DNA of 64,000 bases from a candidate division WOR-3 bacterium (GCA_965649225.1 CBFGJX010000008.1:36328-100327), one strand, 5' to 3'; positions 48,814 to 59,622 are shown, numbered from the stretch's first letter. Made by a program: numbers and translations. Notes: generated by a model not told the origin, from the letters alone.

Positions 48814-50142
48814 TCAGACTCCTTTGCCGGTTGGGGTCGGTCGTTCAACAGATCTCAGGCCGGCCCGATTGTAGACGGCGTTGACATGGCGCAGCAGCCG
48901 ATTGAGGTCAAATACCCGGGCGAGCTGGCGCCGGTCGAGACGGGCGGTGATTGCCGCTTCGGCTGCGGCAAGTTCGGCCAGCGGCCGGTTTTCGGCGCGG
49001 GCGCGGAATGCCAGCGACTGGACAAGCCGGTAGGCTTCGTCGCGGTCGAGGCCGGCTTTTACCAGTGCCAGCAGGAGTGCCTGGGAGAAAAAGACCCCGC
49101 CGCTCAACTGCAGATTGGCGGCCATCCGGTCGGTGCGGACCACCAGCCCGCTGAGTACCGGCGTGAACTTGACCAGCATGTAGTGCAGCAGGGTTGTTGC
49201 ACCGGGAATGGTCAGCCGTTCGTTGGCCGAGTTGGAGAGGTCGCGTTCGTGCCAGAGGACGACGTTTTCCAGCCCGACCGCGGCCCAGGCGCGCAGCACC
49301 CGGGCGAGGCTGGTGATGCGTTCACAGATAATCGGATTCTGCTTGTGCGGCATCGCCGATGACCCGCGCTGACCCTTGCCAAACGGCTCGCCGAGTTCGC
49401 CGATTTCGGTGCGCTGCAGATTGCGGATTTCAGTGGCGATGCGGTCGAGGCCGCTGGCAACAAGTGCCAGTGCCGAAAGCAGGGCGGCGTGGCGGTCGCG
49501 TGGTATGACCTGAGTTGAAACCGGTTCCGGTTTCAGGCCGAGCCGGCGCAGGGCGATTGCCTCGACCCGGGGCGAGCCCTGAGTGTAGGAGCCGACCGCT
49601 CCGGAGAGCTTGCCGTATTCGAGGTCACGGCGCACCGCCCGCAGCCGGTCGATGTTGCGGCCGATTTCGGCATACCAGGACAGTGCCTTGAGGCCGAAGG
49701 TTATCGGTTCGGCGTGGACGCCGTGGGTGCGGCCGATCATCGGCGTGTGCCGGTAGGTAATGGCGAGGCGGGCGGTTTCGACCCGCAGGTCGCCGAGCGC
49801 GGCGATGAGGATGTCCAGTGCCGAAATGCAGCGCAGCGACAGCGCGGTGTCGACGACGTCGTATGATGTCAGCCCGAAATGGACGTATTTGCCGGCCGGG
49901 CCGACGCTCTTGGCAACACTGCGGGTGAAGGCGATGACGTCGTGATTGGTTTCCCGTTCGAACCGTTCAATTTCGGCCAGGTTGAAGCTGGCGCGCTGGA
50001 TCGCCCGGGCCGCAGATTTGGGAATGATGCCGAGTTCGCCCTGGACGAGTGCGACCGTCTTTTCCACCAGCAGCCAGGACTGGAATTTGGCTTCTTCGCT
50101 CCACAAGGCGGCCATTTGCGGGGTCTGGTAGCGGCTGATCAC
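48814..50142 (-). CDS. purB: Adenylosuccinate lyase
   Basis: MISRY, HDVIAF, GRTHGVHAEP, GSSAMPHKQNP, WHERD. Confidence 0.96.
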   Translation of the reverse strand: MISRYQTPQMAALWSEEAKFQSWLLVEKTVALVQGELGIIPKSAARAIQRASFNLAEIERFERETNHDVIAFTRSVAKSVGPAGKYVHFGLTSYDVVDTALSLRCISALDILIAALGDLRVETARLAITYRHTPMIGRTHGVHAEPITFGLKALSWYAEIGRNIDRLRAVRRDLEYGKLSGAVGSYTQGSPRVEAIALRRLGLKPEPVSTQVIPRDRHAALLSALALVASGLDRIATEIRNLQRTEIGELGEPFGKGQRGSSAMPHKQNPIICERITSLARVLRAWAAVGLENVVLWHERDLSNSANERLTIPGATTLLHYMLVKFTPVLSGLVVRTDRMAANLQLSGGVFFSQALLLALVKAGLDRDEAYRLVQSLAFRARAENRPLAELAAAEAAITARLDRRQLARVFDLNRLLRHVNAVYNRAGLRSVERPTPTGKGV

Positions 50143-50192
50143 CAGTCAACTCCAATCTGCGGCCGGCGGCCGCAACTGTGCGATGAGCATGT

Positions 50193-51341
50193 TCAGCGCA
50201 GGCGGTAGAGCAGACGGATCTGTTCGCCGCCGCGATCGATGACAATATCAACAGTGCCGCGCGGCTGGGCAAAAGTGCGGGCGAAGGCGCTGGCCGATGA
50301 TACCGCCTTACCCTGAGCCATCAGGATGATGTCGCCCCGGGCCATGCCGATTGCCTCGGCAACCGAACCGGGCGTGACTGCGACGACAACGACGCCGCGG
50401 TGTCGACCGAGCCCGAGCTGGCGACGCAGAGTCGGATTGATGTCGGCGACATCGGCGCCGATACCGGTGGCGACCGGCTGAACTGCGGCAGTGGCACCGC
50501 CCCGGACCTCACGGATGAACTGTTTGACATCGTTGATTGGCCGGGCAAAACCGATGCCTTCGGAACCGCCGGAATGACTGAAAATGAAAGTATTGATACC
50601 GATGACTTCGCCGGCGGCGTTGACGAGCGGGCCGCCGGAGTTGCCGGGATTGATGGCGGCGTCGGTCTGGATCATGTCGGTGAAGACCGCGCCGCTGCGG
50701 CCGGAGCGGACGTCGCGGCCGAGCGCCGAGATGACGCCGACAGTGACAGTCGGCCGGGTATCCTCAATCAGAAAGCCGAACGGGTTGCCGATGGCAATGG
50801 CCCATTCGCCGATCATCAGTTCGTCGGAGTTGCCCAGCGCAGCGACCGGCAGGCGGTCGCCCTTGATTTTCAACAGTGCCAGGTCCCGGGTTTCGTCGAC
50901 GCCTTCGAGCGTGGCGTCGAATTCACGGTTGTCGGGCAGGGTGACTTTGATCGCGGTGGCGCCGGCGACAACATGGGCATTGGTGATGACATCGCCTTCA
51001 GTGGAGACGATAACACCCGACCCCATCGATTTGACTTCCTGCCGGAACTGACGCCGGGGGAAGAAATCGCGAAAGAACTCGTCGAAGCCGAAGCCACCGA
51101 ACGGGTCGTAGGACACAATCCGGGTCTGGGTGACGGTGACTGATACCACCGCCGGGCTGACCTGTTGCGCCGCCCGGGTGATGGCGTTGGCCCGGCTGGC
51201 GGTGATTTCGTCGGTAAGGCTGACCGGGACGAGCGGGCCGGTGATGACAGGGCGGCGCCGGTAACCGACCGGACGCAGCAGCGAGGTTACCAGTGCGCCG
51301 GCCAGGACTGCCACCAGCAGCCAGGGAATTGCTTTGCGCAT
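50193..51341 (-). CDS. HtrA/DegP-family serine protease (S1C) with one PDZ domain
   Basis: TNAHV, DLALLK, QTDAAINPGNSGGPL; N-terminal anchor. Confidence 0.93.
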   Translation of the reverse strand: MRKAIPWLLVAVLAGALVTSLLRPVGYRRRPVITGPLVPVSLTDEITASRANAITRAAQQVSPAVVSVTVTQTRIVSYDPFGGFGFDEFFRDFFPRRQFRQEVKSMGSGVIVSTEGDVITNAHVVAGATAIKVTLPDNREFDATLEGVDETRDLALLKIKGDRLPVAALGNSDELMIGEWAIAIGNPFGFLIEDTRPTVTVGVISALGRDVRSGRSGAVFTDMIQTDAAINPGNSGGPLVNAAGEVIGINTFIFSHSGGSEGIGFARPINDVKQFIREVRGGATAAVQPVATGIGADVADINPTLRRQLGLGRHRGVVVVAVTPGSVAEAIGMARGDIILMAQGKAVSSASAFARTFAQPRGTVDIVIDRGGEQIRLLYRLR

Positions 51342-51439
51342 GGGTGAGGCAGTGTAACAATCGGCAGTAAAAGCGTCAAGGAGATGGCAGTACCAGACCG
51401 GCGGGCATCGGCCGGAGCCGCAGCCGGGTCTAAATGTTT

Positions 51440-53869
51440 ATGCAAACCGAAGACACCAGTCATGTTGACCCGGTGTGCAAGATGCGGGTAACGCCAGCGA
51501 CCGCAGCCGGGTCCTGGCAGTACCAGGGCAAGACTTACTACTTTTGCAACCGGCGCTGTCTGGAGCGTTTCCAGGCCGAGCCGGAACGTTTCCTGCCGCC
51601 ACCGACAATGGAAACTCCTGCCGAACCGAAGCCGCAGCCGGTGGCCGGTTCTGGCCGGACCGAGACGGTGACAATCGGTGTCGGCGGAATGTCGTGCGCG
51701 AGTTGTGCCCTGACAATCGAGCAGACACTGTCGCGGCTGCCGGGGGTGCGGCTGGCGACAGTCAATTTTGCCGCCGAGCAGGCGACGGTGGAGTTTGACC
51801 CCGAACTTACCCGCAGTTCGGAGCTGGAACAGGCAATTGTCGCGGTCGGCTATGACGTGCGGCCGGCCGAACCGGCCGGCGCTATGGTCGAGGCCGGCTT
51901 GATTCGGGCCCGGCGCCGATTGGTATGGGTGTGGGCGCTGACCGGACCGGCGATGGTCTTGATGGCGCTGCACATGCTGGGAGTGCATCTGCCCGGAGTC
52001 CAGTGGCTGGAGTTCGGACTGGCTGCGGCGGCGGTGTTTGGGCCGGGCCTGGTAACCCTGCGGGCCGGGCTGGCGTCGGTGCGGGCCGGTACGGCATCGA
52101 TGGATGTGCTGATTGGACTGGGTACGCTGGCGGCGCTGGCCTCGGGCGGAGCAGTGCTGGCGGGCGCGCCACTGGCGAATTTCGCCACGATTGCCGGCAT
52201 GATAATGGCGTTCCATCTTACCGGCCGTTACATTGAAGCACGAGCCAAGGGGCGGGCGGCCGCGGCAATCCGGCGGCTGGTCGCTCTGGGTGCGAAGACG
52301 GCGCGGCTGCTGGTCGAGAACGAGGAGCGCGAGGTGCCGGTGGGACAACTGCGGCCGGGTGATGTCGTGGTGGTGCGGCCCGGGGAAAAGATTCCGGCCG
52401 ACGGACGGATCAGCGCCGGTCACACCACGGTTGACGAATCGATGGCGACCGGTGAATCACTGCCGGTCGAGCGCGGTCCGGGAGATGAGGTCATCGGCGC
52501 GACGGTGAATCAGACCGGGCTGGTGCGGGTGACGGTGACGCGGGTCGGCGGCGACAGTTTTCTGGCTCAGGTCATCAAGCTTGTCGAGCAGGCTCAGGGA
52601 CGCAAGATTCCAATTCAGGCCTTCGCCGACCGTGTGACCGCACGGTTCGTGCCGGTGGTGCTGCTGCTGGCACTGACAGCGTTCGTCGGCTGGCTGCTGC
52701 TGGCTGACCGGCTGCGGCCGCTGCTGGTCGAGGCGGCACGAGTGCTGCCGTGGGTGAATCCAAATCTGCCGGCAGTGTCACTGGCGCTTCTGGCCGGAAT
52801 TGCAGTGCTGGTGATTGCCTGTCCCTGTGCGCTGGGACTGGCGACACCGACCGCGCTGCTGGTTGGTTCGGGCATGGGCGCGGAGCGGGGAATATTGTTC
52901 CGCTCCGGCGAGGCAATCCAGACCCTGCGTGGTGTCCGGGCGGTGGTGCTGGACAAGACCGGGACGATCACTTTCGGCCGGCCGGAGGTGACCGATGTCG
53001 TGCCGGCGGCGGGTATCGAACGGGCCGAACTGCTGAGTGTCGCGGCGGCAGTCGAATCCGGTTCCGGCCATCCGATTGCCCGGGCAGTGACGGCGGCGGC
53101 TCAGGCAGCGGGTATTGCGGTTGAACCGGCAGTCGAAGTAGTGGTGGAGCCGGGCAAAGGGGTACGGGGTATGGCGGGCGGCGAACCGGTGCTTGCCGGC
53201 ACAGCGGCGTTTTTGCAGGCCGGGGGTGTCGACACAAGCGAACTTGATGCCGAAGCCGCCAGGCTCGCGGCGCAGGCGCGCACGGTGGTGCTGGTTGCGC
53301 GCGCCGGTCGGCTGGTCGGGTTGCTTGGAGTTGCCGACCAGCCCAAGCCCGATTCGGCCCGGGCGGTTGCCGAACTGCGGGCGCTAGGAGTGGAACCGGT
53401 AATGGTTTCCGGGGACAATCGAACCACCGCCGAGGTAATCGGCCGCGAGGTCGGTATCGAGCGGGTGATTGCCGGGGTGCTGCCGGCCGAGAAGCAGCAG
53501 GTGATTCACCGGTTGCAGAGTCAGTTCGGTGTCGTTGCCATGGTCGGCGACGGTATCAACGATGCACCGGCGCTGAAGGCAGCCGATGTCGGCATTGCCA
53601 TCGGTACCGGCACCGATGTTGCAATCGAGGCCAGCGATGTAACGCTGGTGCGCGGCAGCCTGCTTGGCGTGGTGTCGGCAATCCGGCTGTCGCGGGCAAC
53701 TTTCAGCCGGATCAGACAGAATCTGTTCTGGGCGTTTTTCTACAATGTCCTGGCGATACCGCTGGCGATGCTGGGATTGCTGCACCCGGTAATCGCGGAA
53801 GCGGCGATGGCATTTTCGTCAGTCAATGTAGTCACAAATTCCATTCGTCTGCGGCGGGTGAAGGTCTGA
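51440..53869 (+). CDS. copA: Cu(+)-type P1B ATPase with N-terminal YHS and HMA domains
   Basis: DPVCKM...YYFC (YHS), [29 protein letters not shown] and MAFSS. Confidence 0.9.
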   Translation: MQTEDTSHVDPVCKMRVTPATAAGSWQYQGKTYYFCNRRCLERFQAEPERFLPPPTMETPAEPKPQPVAGSGRTETVTIGVGGMSCASCALTIEQTLSRLPGVRLATVNFAAEQATVEFDPELTRSSELEQAIVAVGYDVRPAEPAGAMVEAGLIRARRRLVWVWALTGPAMVLMALHMLGVHLPGVQWLEFGLAAAAVFGPGLVTLRAGLASVRAGTASMDVLIGLGTLAALASGGAVLAGAPLANFATIAGMIMAFHLTGRYIEARAKGRAAAAIRRLVALGAKTARLLVENEEREVPVGQLRPGDVVVVRPGEKIPADGRISAGHTTVDESMATGESLPVERGPGDEVIGATVNQTGLVRVTVTRVGGDSFLAQVIKLVEQAQGRKIPIQAFADRVTARFVPVVLLLALTAFVGWLLLADRLRPLLVEAARVLPWVNPNLPAVSLALLAGIAVLVIACPCALGLATPTALLVGSGMGAERGILFRSGEAIQTLRGVRAVVLDKTGTITFGRPEVTDVVPAAGIERAELLSVAAAVESGSGHPIARAVTAAAQAAGIAVEPAVEVVVEPGKGVRGMAGGEPVLAGTAAFLQAGGVDTSELDAEAARLAAQARTVVLVARAGRLVGLLGVADQPKPDSARAVAELRALGVEPVMVSGDNRTTAEVIGREVGIERVIAGVLPAEKQQVIHRLQSQFGVVAMVGDGINDAPALKAADVGIAIGTGTDVAIEASDVTLVRGSLLGVVSAIRLSRATFSRIRQNLFWAFFYNVLAIPLAMLGLLHPVIAEAAMAFSSVNVVTNSIRLRRVKV

Positions 53870-54291
53870 TCCGCCCTGATTGCCGGACTGGCTCTTTGGA
53901 TGGGTGCGTTTGAAACTGCTGCGATAAAGCCATTTTTTGTCAGATAGTTGCAGTTTTGGTGCTGGTAGTTGCACTCCGGGCCGGCAAGCGAAAGGGTTGG
54001 TTACCGGACGGTTTCCCCGGCGGCCCTGATTCGGGCAGACTTCCAAGTGCTGCAATGATTGTCCGGGTCGGGTTGCGCTTGAATGTAGTGTGTTGCAACA
54101 GCTGCGGCAGGAGTCGGTTGACTGCGTGGTGCTTTCAGAAATGCAACCGTGCCGGCGTTGGCCGGAGCGGTCTGGCGTCGAACGAGCGGTGCCGGTTCAA
54201 GACCGGCAGTCGGTTCTCAGCGCAAAGGTTCTGACCGGATAGCAAAGAAGATGCCGGTTGTTGCGGCTGGCGGTCAATTCACCGGCCCGGT

Positions 54292-55737
54292 TCAGGCGAG
54301 ATTGAACGAGACCATCACGACATCGGTCATCTCTTCGATGGCGAAGCGCGGGCCTTCCCGACCGATGCCGGAATCGCGGACGCCGCCGTAGGGCTGGTGG
54401 TCGGCGCGGAAGGTGGCCGAGTCGTTGATGTAGATCGAGCCGGCGTTGAGCGTTTCAATGGCCTGGAAGGCGCGGCCGAGGTCGCGCGTGAACACGCCGG
54501 CGGTGAGGCCATAGCTGTAGCGGCCGGCGCTGGAGCCGGCATTGTAGCGCTGGAGGCCTTCTTCGAACCGGTTGAAGGTCTCGATCGTGACGATTGGGGC
54601 GAAAGCTTCTTCGCAGACCGCGGCCATGTCGGGCCGGGCATTGGCAAGGACAGTGGGGTAGAGTATCGTGCCTTCGCTGCGGCCGCCGCAGAGCAGACGC
54701 GCGCCCGCGGCGACCGCCTGCTCGATGAGCGCCTGGGCCGAGGCGAGTGCGGTGCGGTTGATCATCGGACCGACATCGGTGTCAGGGAGGGCCGGGTCGT
54801 CACAGATGAGTCGCTCGGCCGCGGCAACAAACCGTTCGGTGAACTCGGCGGCGATTGAGTCCTGCAGGTAGAGCCGCTGGGTGTGGATGCAGACCTGGCC
54901 CGAGTAGGCGAACGCGCCGGCGAGGCAGCGGTTGAGCGCGGCGTCAAGGTCAGCGGTTTCGTCAACAATCGCGCCGGAGTTGGACCCGAGTTCGAGCGCG
55001 ACGCGGCGCAGACCGGTTTCGCGTTTGATGGTTGCGCCGACTTCGGGCGAGCCGGTGAAGCTTACCAGGCGCACGCGTTCGTCGCGCACGAGCGTGAGGC
55101 CGGGGCCGGAGCCGGAACCGACAACGACGTTGAGCGCGAGCGGGGGCAGGCCGGCTTCGAGCAGGAGTTCGGCGAGCTTGAGCGCGGTGAGGGGCGTGGC
55201 ACTGGCCGGTTTGAGCACGACGGCGTTGCCGGCGGCAAAGGCCGGGGCAAGTTTGTGACAGACGAGATTCAGCGGGAAGTTGAAGGGCGTGATGGCGGCA
55301 ACCACGCCAAGCGGACGGCGATACCAGAAGCCGCGGCGGGTCTCGCTGCCGTGCGCGGCATCCATCGGTACGGTCTCGCCGTGGATGCGCAGGGCTTCGG
55401 CCGCGGCGAAGCGCAGGGTCTCGACCGCGCGGGCGACTTCGGCCGCAGCGTAGCGGCGGGGCTTGCCAGCTTCGGCGATTATCGTGGCGGTGAAATCGTC
55501 GGCGCGTTCGCTGAGCAGGCGGGCGGCGCGGTCGAGGATGTCGTGACGGGCGTGGGCCGGCAGCCGGGCCATTTCCCGCGCGCCGGCTTCGGCGGCCCCG
55601 ACCGCGGTGTCAACTTCGCTGTCCGAGCAGGCCGCGACCCGGGCGATGGGTTCTTCGGTGTAGGGGTTAGTGACAGTGATGGCCGACTCAGCGGCAACCC
55701 ATTCGCCGCCGATAAGCAGTCGCTGGAGTTCTGACAC
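54292..55737 (-). CDS. NAD(P)-dependent aldehyde dehydrogenase
   Basis: ITPFNFP, FTGS, LELGSN, GQVC, EEAFAP, PYGG..SG.GREG; GTG 55737. Confidence 0.93.
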   Translation of the reverse strand: MSELQRLLIGGEWVAAESAITVTNPYTEEPIARVAACSDSEVDTAVGAAEAGAREMARLPAHARHDILDRAARLLSERADDFTATIIAEAGKPRRYAAAEVARAVETLRFAAAEALRIHGETVPMDAAHGSETRRGFWYRRPLGVVAAITPFNFPLNLVCHKLAPAFAAGNAVVLKPASATPLTALKLAELLLEAGLPPLALNVVVGSGSGPGLTLVRDERVRLVSFTGSPEVGATIKRETGLRRVALELGSNSGAIVDETADLDAALNRCLAGAFAYSGQVCIHTQRLYLQDSIAAEFTERFVAAAERLICDDPALPDTDVGPMINRTALASAQALIEQAVAAGARLLCGGRSEGTILYPTVLANARPDMAAVCEEAFAPIVTIETFNRFEEGLQRYNAGSSAGRYSYGLTAGVFTRDLGRAFQAIETLNAGSIYINDSATFRADHQPYGGVRDSGIGREGPRFAIEEMTDVVMVSFNLA

Positions 55738-55856
55738 GCCGGTACAGAATAGCTGCGGTGTCGGCGGCGTCAACGGCAGTGCCGGGCTTGCCGCCGTCAA
55801 AGCCCGCCAGCGGGCGGTGTCGTTGCTGTCGGCGCCGAGAAAGGGTATGTACCGAT

Positions 55857-56025
55857 TTGACAATCCTCCGAGAGGCGGGCTACACTCGGATGTGACGTCA
55901 CGCACTGGTCCCGGGTGTTCCCGGGTGGAGTTCCTGCGAGACAGCGGTTCGTGCTGTCCTGCTGGACCTGGACAGGGCTGTCGGCCAGACGGTTTCACTC
56001 AAACCATCTGGTGCGGTTTTTGCTT
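55857..56025 (+). promoter_or_regulatory. Promoter plus structured leader ending in a terminator-like hairpin
   Basis: TTGACA-18-TACACT; alternative GACAG/CTGTC pairings; CCAGACGGTTT/AAACCATCTGG hairpin then a T-rich run. Confidence 0.4.
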
Positions 56026-56092
56026 TCGGCCGGGGCTTCGGCAGCTGGGGACTGAAGCCAGGTCGTTTGCTGCGTCTTGAGGAGGCTGGGTG

Positions 56093-57172
56093 ATGATGTC
56101 ATGGTTGAAGCCGGGTCGGTTGATTGGGCTCGTGTTCGGGCTGGCCGCTGCGCTGCCGGCCGAGTATGGCTTTCGGCCGGCCGGCACCGAGATTGTCGAG
56201 CTGGCGGATGCGGTGTCGCGTCATTACTCCAATGGCGATGGCACGATCACCGCGGTGATAGCGGCCCGGCCGGTCTGGATGCAGGCCGGCGGCGACAACC
56301 GGGCCGGGGCAGGCGGGGAGGATACCGATGTCGCGTTGCCGACATTTGAGTACGACTACGCGACCGGTTATGCCAGTACCGATGGCAGCCAGTATGCCAA
56401 GACCGGCGTTGGACTGATAAAAGTCGAACGGGAAGTTTCGCTGCAGCCGCCGTCGCGTATCGAGCGGGTGGGTTGGGCGAAATTCGACCTCGCTTCACTA
56501 CCCGAGTCGGTCCGTATCACCGGCGTTGCGCTGGCACGGGTCATCGCCTATTTCGAGTTGACGATGGGGCTGAGCTACCGGACGCTGACACTGGACCCGG
56601 TCACGGCCGATGCCCAGCAGCTCTATCAGGCGATTCAGGGCGGGGCGGTATGCTATGATGGCGAACGGGGTCGGCTGTTTGATACCATTGACCTGGGTGC
56701 GGTCGGGGTTCAGCACGTCCAGCAGGCCTTGAACCGGAACTGGGTGGCTTTCGGGATTGTCGGAACCGGCTATTCAACCGTTGTCACCAAGCGGGTCTGG
56801 ATTATCGGCTGGAACAATCAGCCCCGCTCGGACTCGCCCTGGCTGCTGGTAACCTATGAGCCGCCGACCGCGGTCGAAGAAGCCGGTCCGATGTTGAATG
56901 CGGTGAAGCTGTCGGTCGTGCCGAACCCGGTCACAGACGGTTTTGCCCTGCTCAGGGCCGAAACCGGGAGCGGATTTGATCCGGAACAGGAGCACAGACA
57001 GGTCAGCGTGCGGCTTTTTGATGCGCTGGGCCATCAGCTTCTGCAGACGGCGGCGAGCATCGGCAACACAACCGGCACGCGGCTGGACCTGCGCAGAATT
57101 CCGGCCGGCACCTGCTTTCTATGTGTTGAAGCGGCGGGTCAAAAAACAGTACAGAAGGTAGTGATTCGCTGA
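56093..57172 (+). CDS. Secreted protein with T9SS-type-A-like C-terminal domain
   Basis: SD GGAGG; signal peptide; tail PNP...LFDALG...IPAG..F.......QKVVIR. Confidence 0.75.
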   Translation: MMSWLKPGRLIGLVFGLAAALPAEYGFRPAGTEIVELADAVSRHYSNGDGTITAVIAARPVWMQAGGDNRAGAGGEDTDVALPTFEYDYATGYASTDGSQYAKTGVGLIKVEREVSLQPPSRIERVGWAKFDLASLPESVRITGVALARVIAYFELTMGLSYRTLTLDPVTADAQQLYQAIQGGAVCYDGERGRLFDTIDLGAVGVQHVQQALNRNWVAFGIVGTGYSTVVTKRVWIIGWNNQPRSDSPWLLVTYEPPTAVEEAGPMLNAVKLSVVPNPVTDGFALLRAETGSGFDPEQEHRQVSVRLFDALGHQLLQTAASIGNTTGTRLDLRRIPAGTCFLCVEAAGQKTVQKVVIR

Positions 57173-57311
57173 CGGCCGGCCGGAACAGGCCGCCGGCAGG
57201 TGCGAGGGGCGACGATGGTTACCGGTCCGGCCGTTGTTGACTGATTGCCTGAGTACGGCTGGTTTTTGGCGATTGACTCGCCGGATGCAGCTTCTATAAT
57301 CAGCGGCCAGA

Positions 57312-57385
57312 GGGCGATTAGCTCAGTTGGCTAGAGCGCCTCCCTTACAAGGAGGAGGTCATCTGTTCAATTCAGATATCGCCCA
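57312..57385 (+). tRNA. tRNA-Val(TAC)
   Basis: Acceptor GGGCGAT/ATCGCCC, anticodon loop CTTACAA in CCTCC/GGAGG stem; promoter TTGACT-16-TATAAT (57273-57300). Confidence 0.95.
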
Positions 57386-57612
57386 TCGCGGTTTTCCCGT
57401 CCCAATTTGTCGGTTCAAACTGAATCCATGTCACGGGATTGCGGTCTAACTGCATTGAGGGTAAGGGGTTAGCTGGCGGGTTTTCCGGCGAACTGCCAGG
57501 GGCGGTTTCGCTGGACAGCTTTTGTTAAGTTTCACAGCCACAGTGCGTTAGAGGATGAGGTCAACAGACCTGTCGGCTGTTGTAACGGTTGATTTCTTCC
57601 TAAGGAGGAGCA

Positions 57613-57909
57613 ATGAAGGTCAGGCCGTTGCAGGACCGGATACTGGTACAGCGAGTGGAAGAGGAAGTGAAAAAAGGGGCGATTATCATCCCCGACACTG
57701 CCAAGGAAAAGCCCCAGCAGGGCAAGGTAATTGCCGTCGGCAACGGGCGGATTGACGAGAAGGGCAATCGCGTGCCGATGGATGTGAAGAAGGGCGACTA
57801 CATCCTGTTTGGCAAGTACGCGGGCAACGAGATTCGCATCGGCGACGAGGAGTACCTCATCATGCGGGAAGAGGATGTCCTCGCCATCGTCGAGAAAGAC
57901 AGCAAGTAA
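57613..57909 (+). CDS. groES: Co-chaperonin GroES
   Basis: [29 protein letters not shown]. Confidence 0.97.
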   Translation: MKVRPLQDRILVQRVEEEVKKGAIIIPDTAKEKPQQGKVIAVGNGRIDEKGNRVPMDVKKGDYILFGKYAGNEIRIGDEEYLIMREEDVLAIVEKDSK

Positions 57910-57921
57910 GGAGGATTGGCA

Positions 57922-59565
57922 ATGCCGGCAAAAGAATTGCGTTTCGAGGACGATGCAAGGCGCGCAATGCTGCGTGGGGCCGAGAAGCTGGCCCACGCCG
58001 TCAAGGTGACGCTGGGGCCGAAGGGGCACAACGTCATCATCGACAAGAAGTGGGGCGCGCCGACGGTCACCAAGGACGGCGTGACCGTGGCGAAGGAAAT
58101 CGAGCTGGAAGACAAGTTCGAGAACATGGGCGCGCAGATGATCAAGGAAGTCGCGTCCAAGACCTCGGACGTGGCCGGCGACGGCACCACCACCGCGACG
58201 GTGCTGGCCGAGGCGATCTATCGCGAAGGCTTGAAGAACGTCACCGCTGGTGCCAACTCGATGGCCCTCAAGCGCGGCATCGACAAGGCGGTCGAGGCCG
58301 CGGTGGCCGAGTTGAAGAAGATTTCCAAGAAGACGACCGGCCGCGAGGAGATCGAACAGGTCGCCACGATTTCCGCCAATAACGACAGGGAAATCGGCAA
58401 GCTGATTGCCGACGCAATGGAAAAGGTCGGCAAGGAAGGCGTCATCACGGTCGAAGAGGCCAAGTCGGTCGAGACGACCCTTGAGGTGGTCGAAGGTATG
58501 CAGTTCGACCGCGGCTATCTCTCGCCGTACTTCGCGCTCGAGCCGGGTACCACCACACCGCAGAACCAGAAGATGGAAGCGGTGCTCGAGGACGCGCTGG
58601 TGCTGCTGTATGAGAAGAAGATCTCGTCGATGCGTGACATTCTGCCGGTGCTGGAAAAGGTTGCCCAGCGCGGCAAGCCGATTCTCGTCATCGCCGAGGA
58701 AGTCGAGGGCGAGGCGCTGGCCGGCCTGGTCGTCAACCACATCAAGGGCACGCTGCGCTGCTGCGCGGTGAAGGCGCCGGGGTATGGCGATCGCCGTCGG
58801 GCGATGCTTGAGGACATTGCCGTTCTCACCGGTGGCCGGCTGATTTCCGAAGACCTCGGTATCAAGCTGGAGAACGTCCAGATTTCTGATCTCGGTGTGG
58901 CGAAGCGCGTCGTGATTGACAAGGAAAACACGACCATCGTCGAGGGTGCCGGCAAGAAGGCCGACATCACTGCCCGCATCGAGCAGATCCGCAAGCAGAT
59001 CGAGGAAACCAAGTCCGACTATGACCGTGAGAAACTGCAGGAGCGGCTGGCGAAGCTGGCCGGCGGCGTCGCGGTCATCAACGTCGGTGCGGCGACCGAG
59101 GTCGAGATGAAGGCCAAGAAGGCGCTGGTCGAGGACGCGCTGCACGCGACCCGGGCCGCAGTCGAAGAGGGCGTGGTCCCGGGCGGCGGCGTGGCGCTGG
59201 TGCGCTGTCTGCCGGGCCTGGAGAAGCTGAAGCTCGAGGGCGACGAGGCAATCGGCGCCAATATCGTCAAGCGCGCGCTGCAGGAGCCGATTCGCCAGCT
59301 GGCGGCCAATGCCGGCGTGGACGGCTCGATCGTGTTCGAGCGCGTGCGTGGCGAGAAGGCCAACGTCGGGTTCAACTGCGAGACGCTGGAGTATGTTGAC
59401 ATGTTCCAGTCGGGCGTGCTGGACCCGACCAAGGTCACCCGGGTGGCCCTGCAGAATGCGGCGTCGGTCGCCGGTTTGATGCTGACGACCGAGTGCGCCA
59501 TCGCCGAGCTGCCCGAGAAAGAGAAGACTCCGCCGACACCGCCCGGCGGCGGCATGGACTACTAA
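57922..59565 (+). CDS. groEL: Chaperonin GroEL
   Basis: [29 protein letters not shown]-terminal GGGM. Confidence 0.98.
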   Translation: MPAKELRFEDDARRAMLRGAEKLAHAVKVTLGPKGHNVIIDKKWGAPTVTKDGVTVAKEIELEDKFENMGAQMIKEVASKTSDVAGDGTTTATVLAEAIYREGLKNVTAGANSMALKRGIDKAVEAAVAELKKISKKTTGREEIEQVATISANNDREIGKLIADAMEKVGKEGVITVEEAKSVETTLEVVEGMQFDRGYLSPYFALEPGTTTPQNQKMEAVLEDALVLLYEKKISSMRDILPVLEKVAQRGKPILVIAEEVEGEALAGLVVNHIKGTLRCCAVKAPGYGDRRRAMLEDIAVLTGGRLISEDLGIKLENVQISDLGVAKRVVIDKENTTIVEGAGKKADITARIEQIRKQIEETKSDYDREKLQERLAKLAGGVAVINVGAATEVEMKAKKALVEDALHATRAAVEEGVVPGGGVALVRCLPGLEKLKLEGDEAIGANIVKRALQEPIRQLAANAGVDGSIVFERVRGEKANVGFNCETLEYVDMFQSGVLDPTKVTRVALQNAASVAGLMLTTECAIAELPEKEKTPPTPPGGGMDY

Positions 59566-59575
59566 ACACTGCCGC

Positions 59576-59609
59576 GACGGGGTGGGAAGCGGACGCTTCC
59601 CACCCCGTC
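59576..59609 (+). terminator. Strong hairpin after groEL
   Basis: GACGGGGTGGGAAGCG-ga-CGCTTCCCACCCCGTC; no immediate U-tract. Confidence 0.6.
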
Positions 59610-59622
59610 CGCTGATTTCATC

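Noticed and set aside
53870..54291. Small ORFs between copA and the aldehyde dehydrogenase
   Set aside because: No SD, no motifs and atypical composition; treated as intergenic
13178..57385. Genomic island or prophage at the three tRNAs
   Set aside because: No integrase, phage or transposase genes; flanking genes look like core chromosome
57386..57612. CIRCE or HAIR operator upstream of groES
   Set aside because: Neither TTAGCACTC-N9-GAGTGCTAA nor CTTGAGT-N7-ACTCAAG was found
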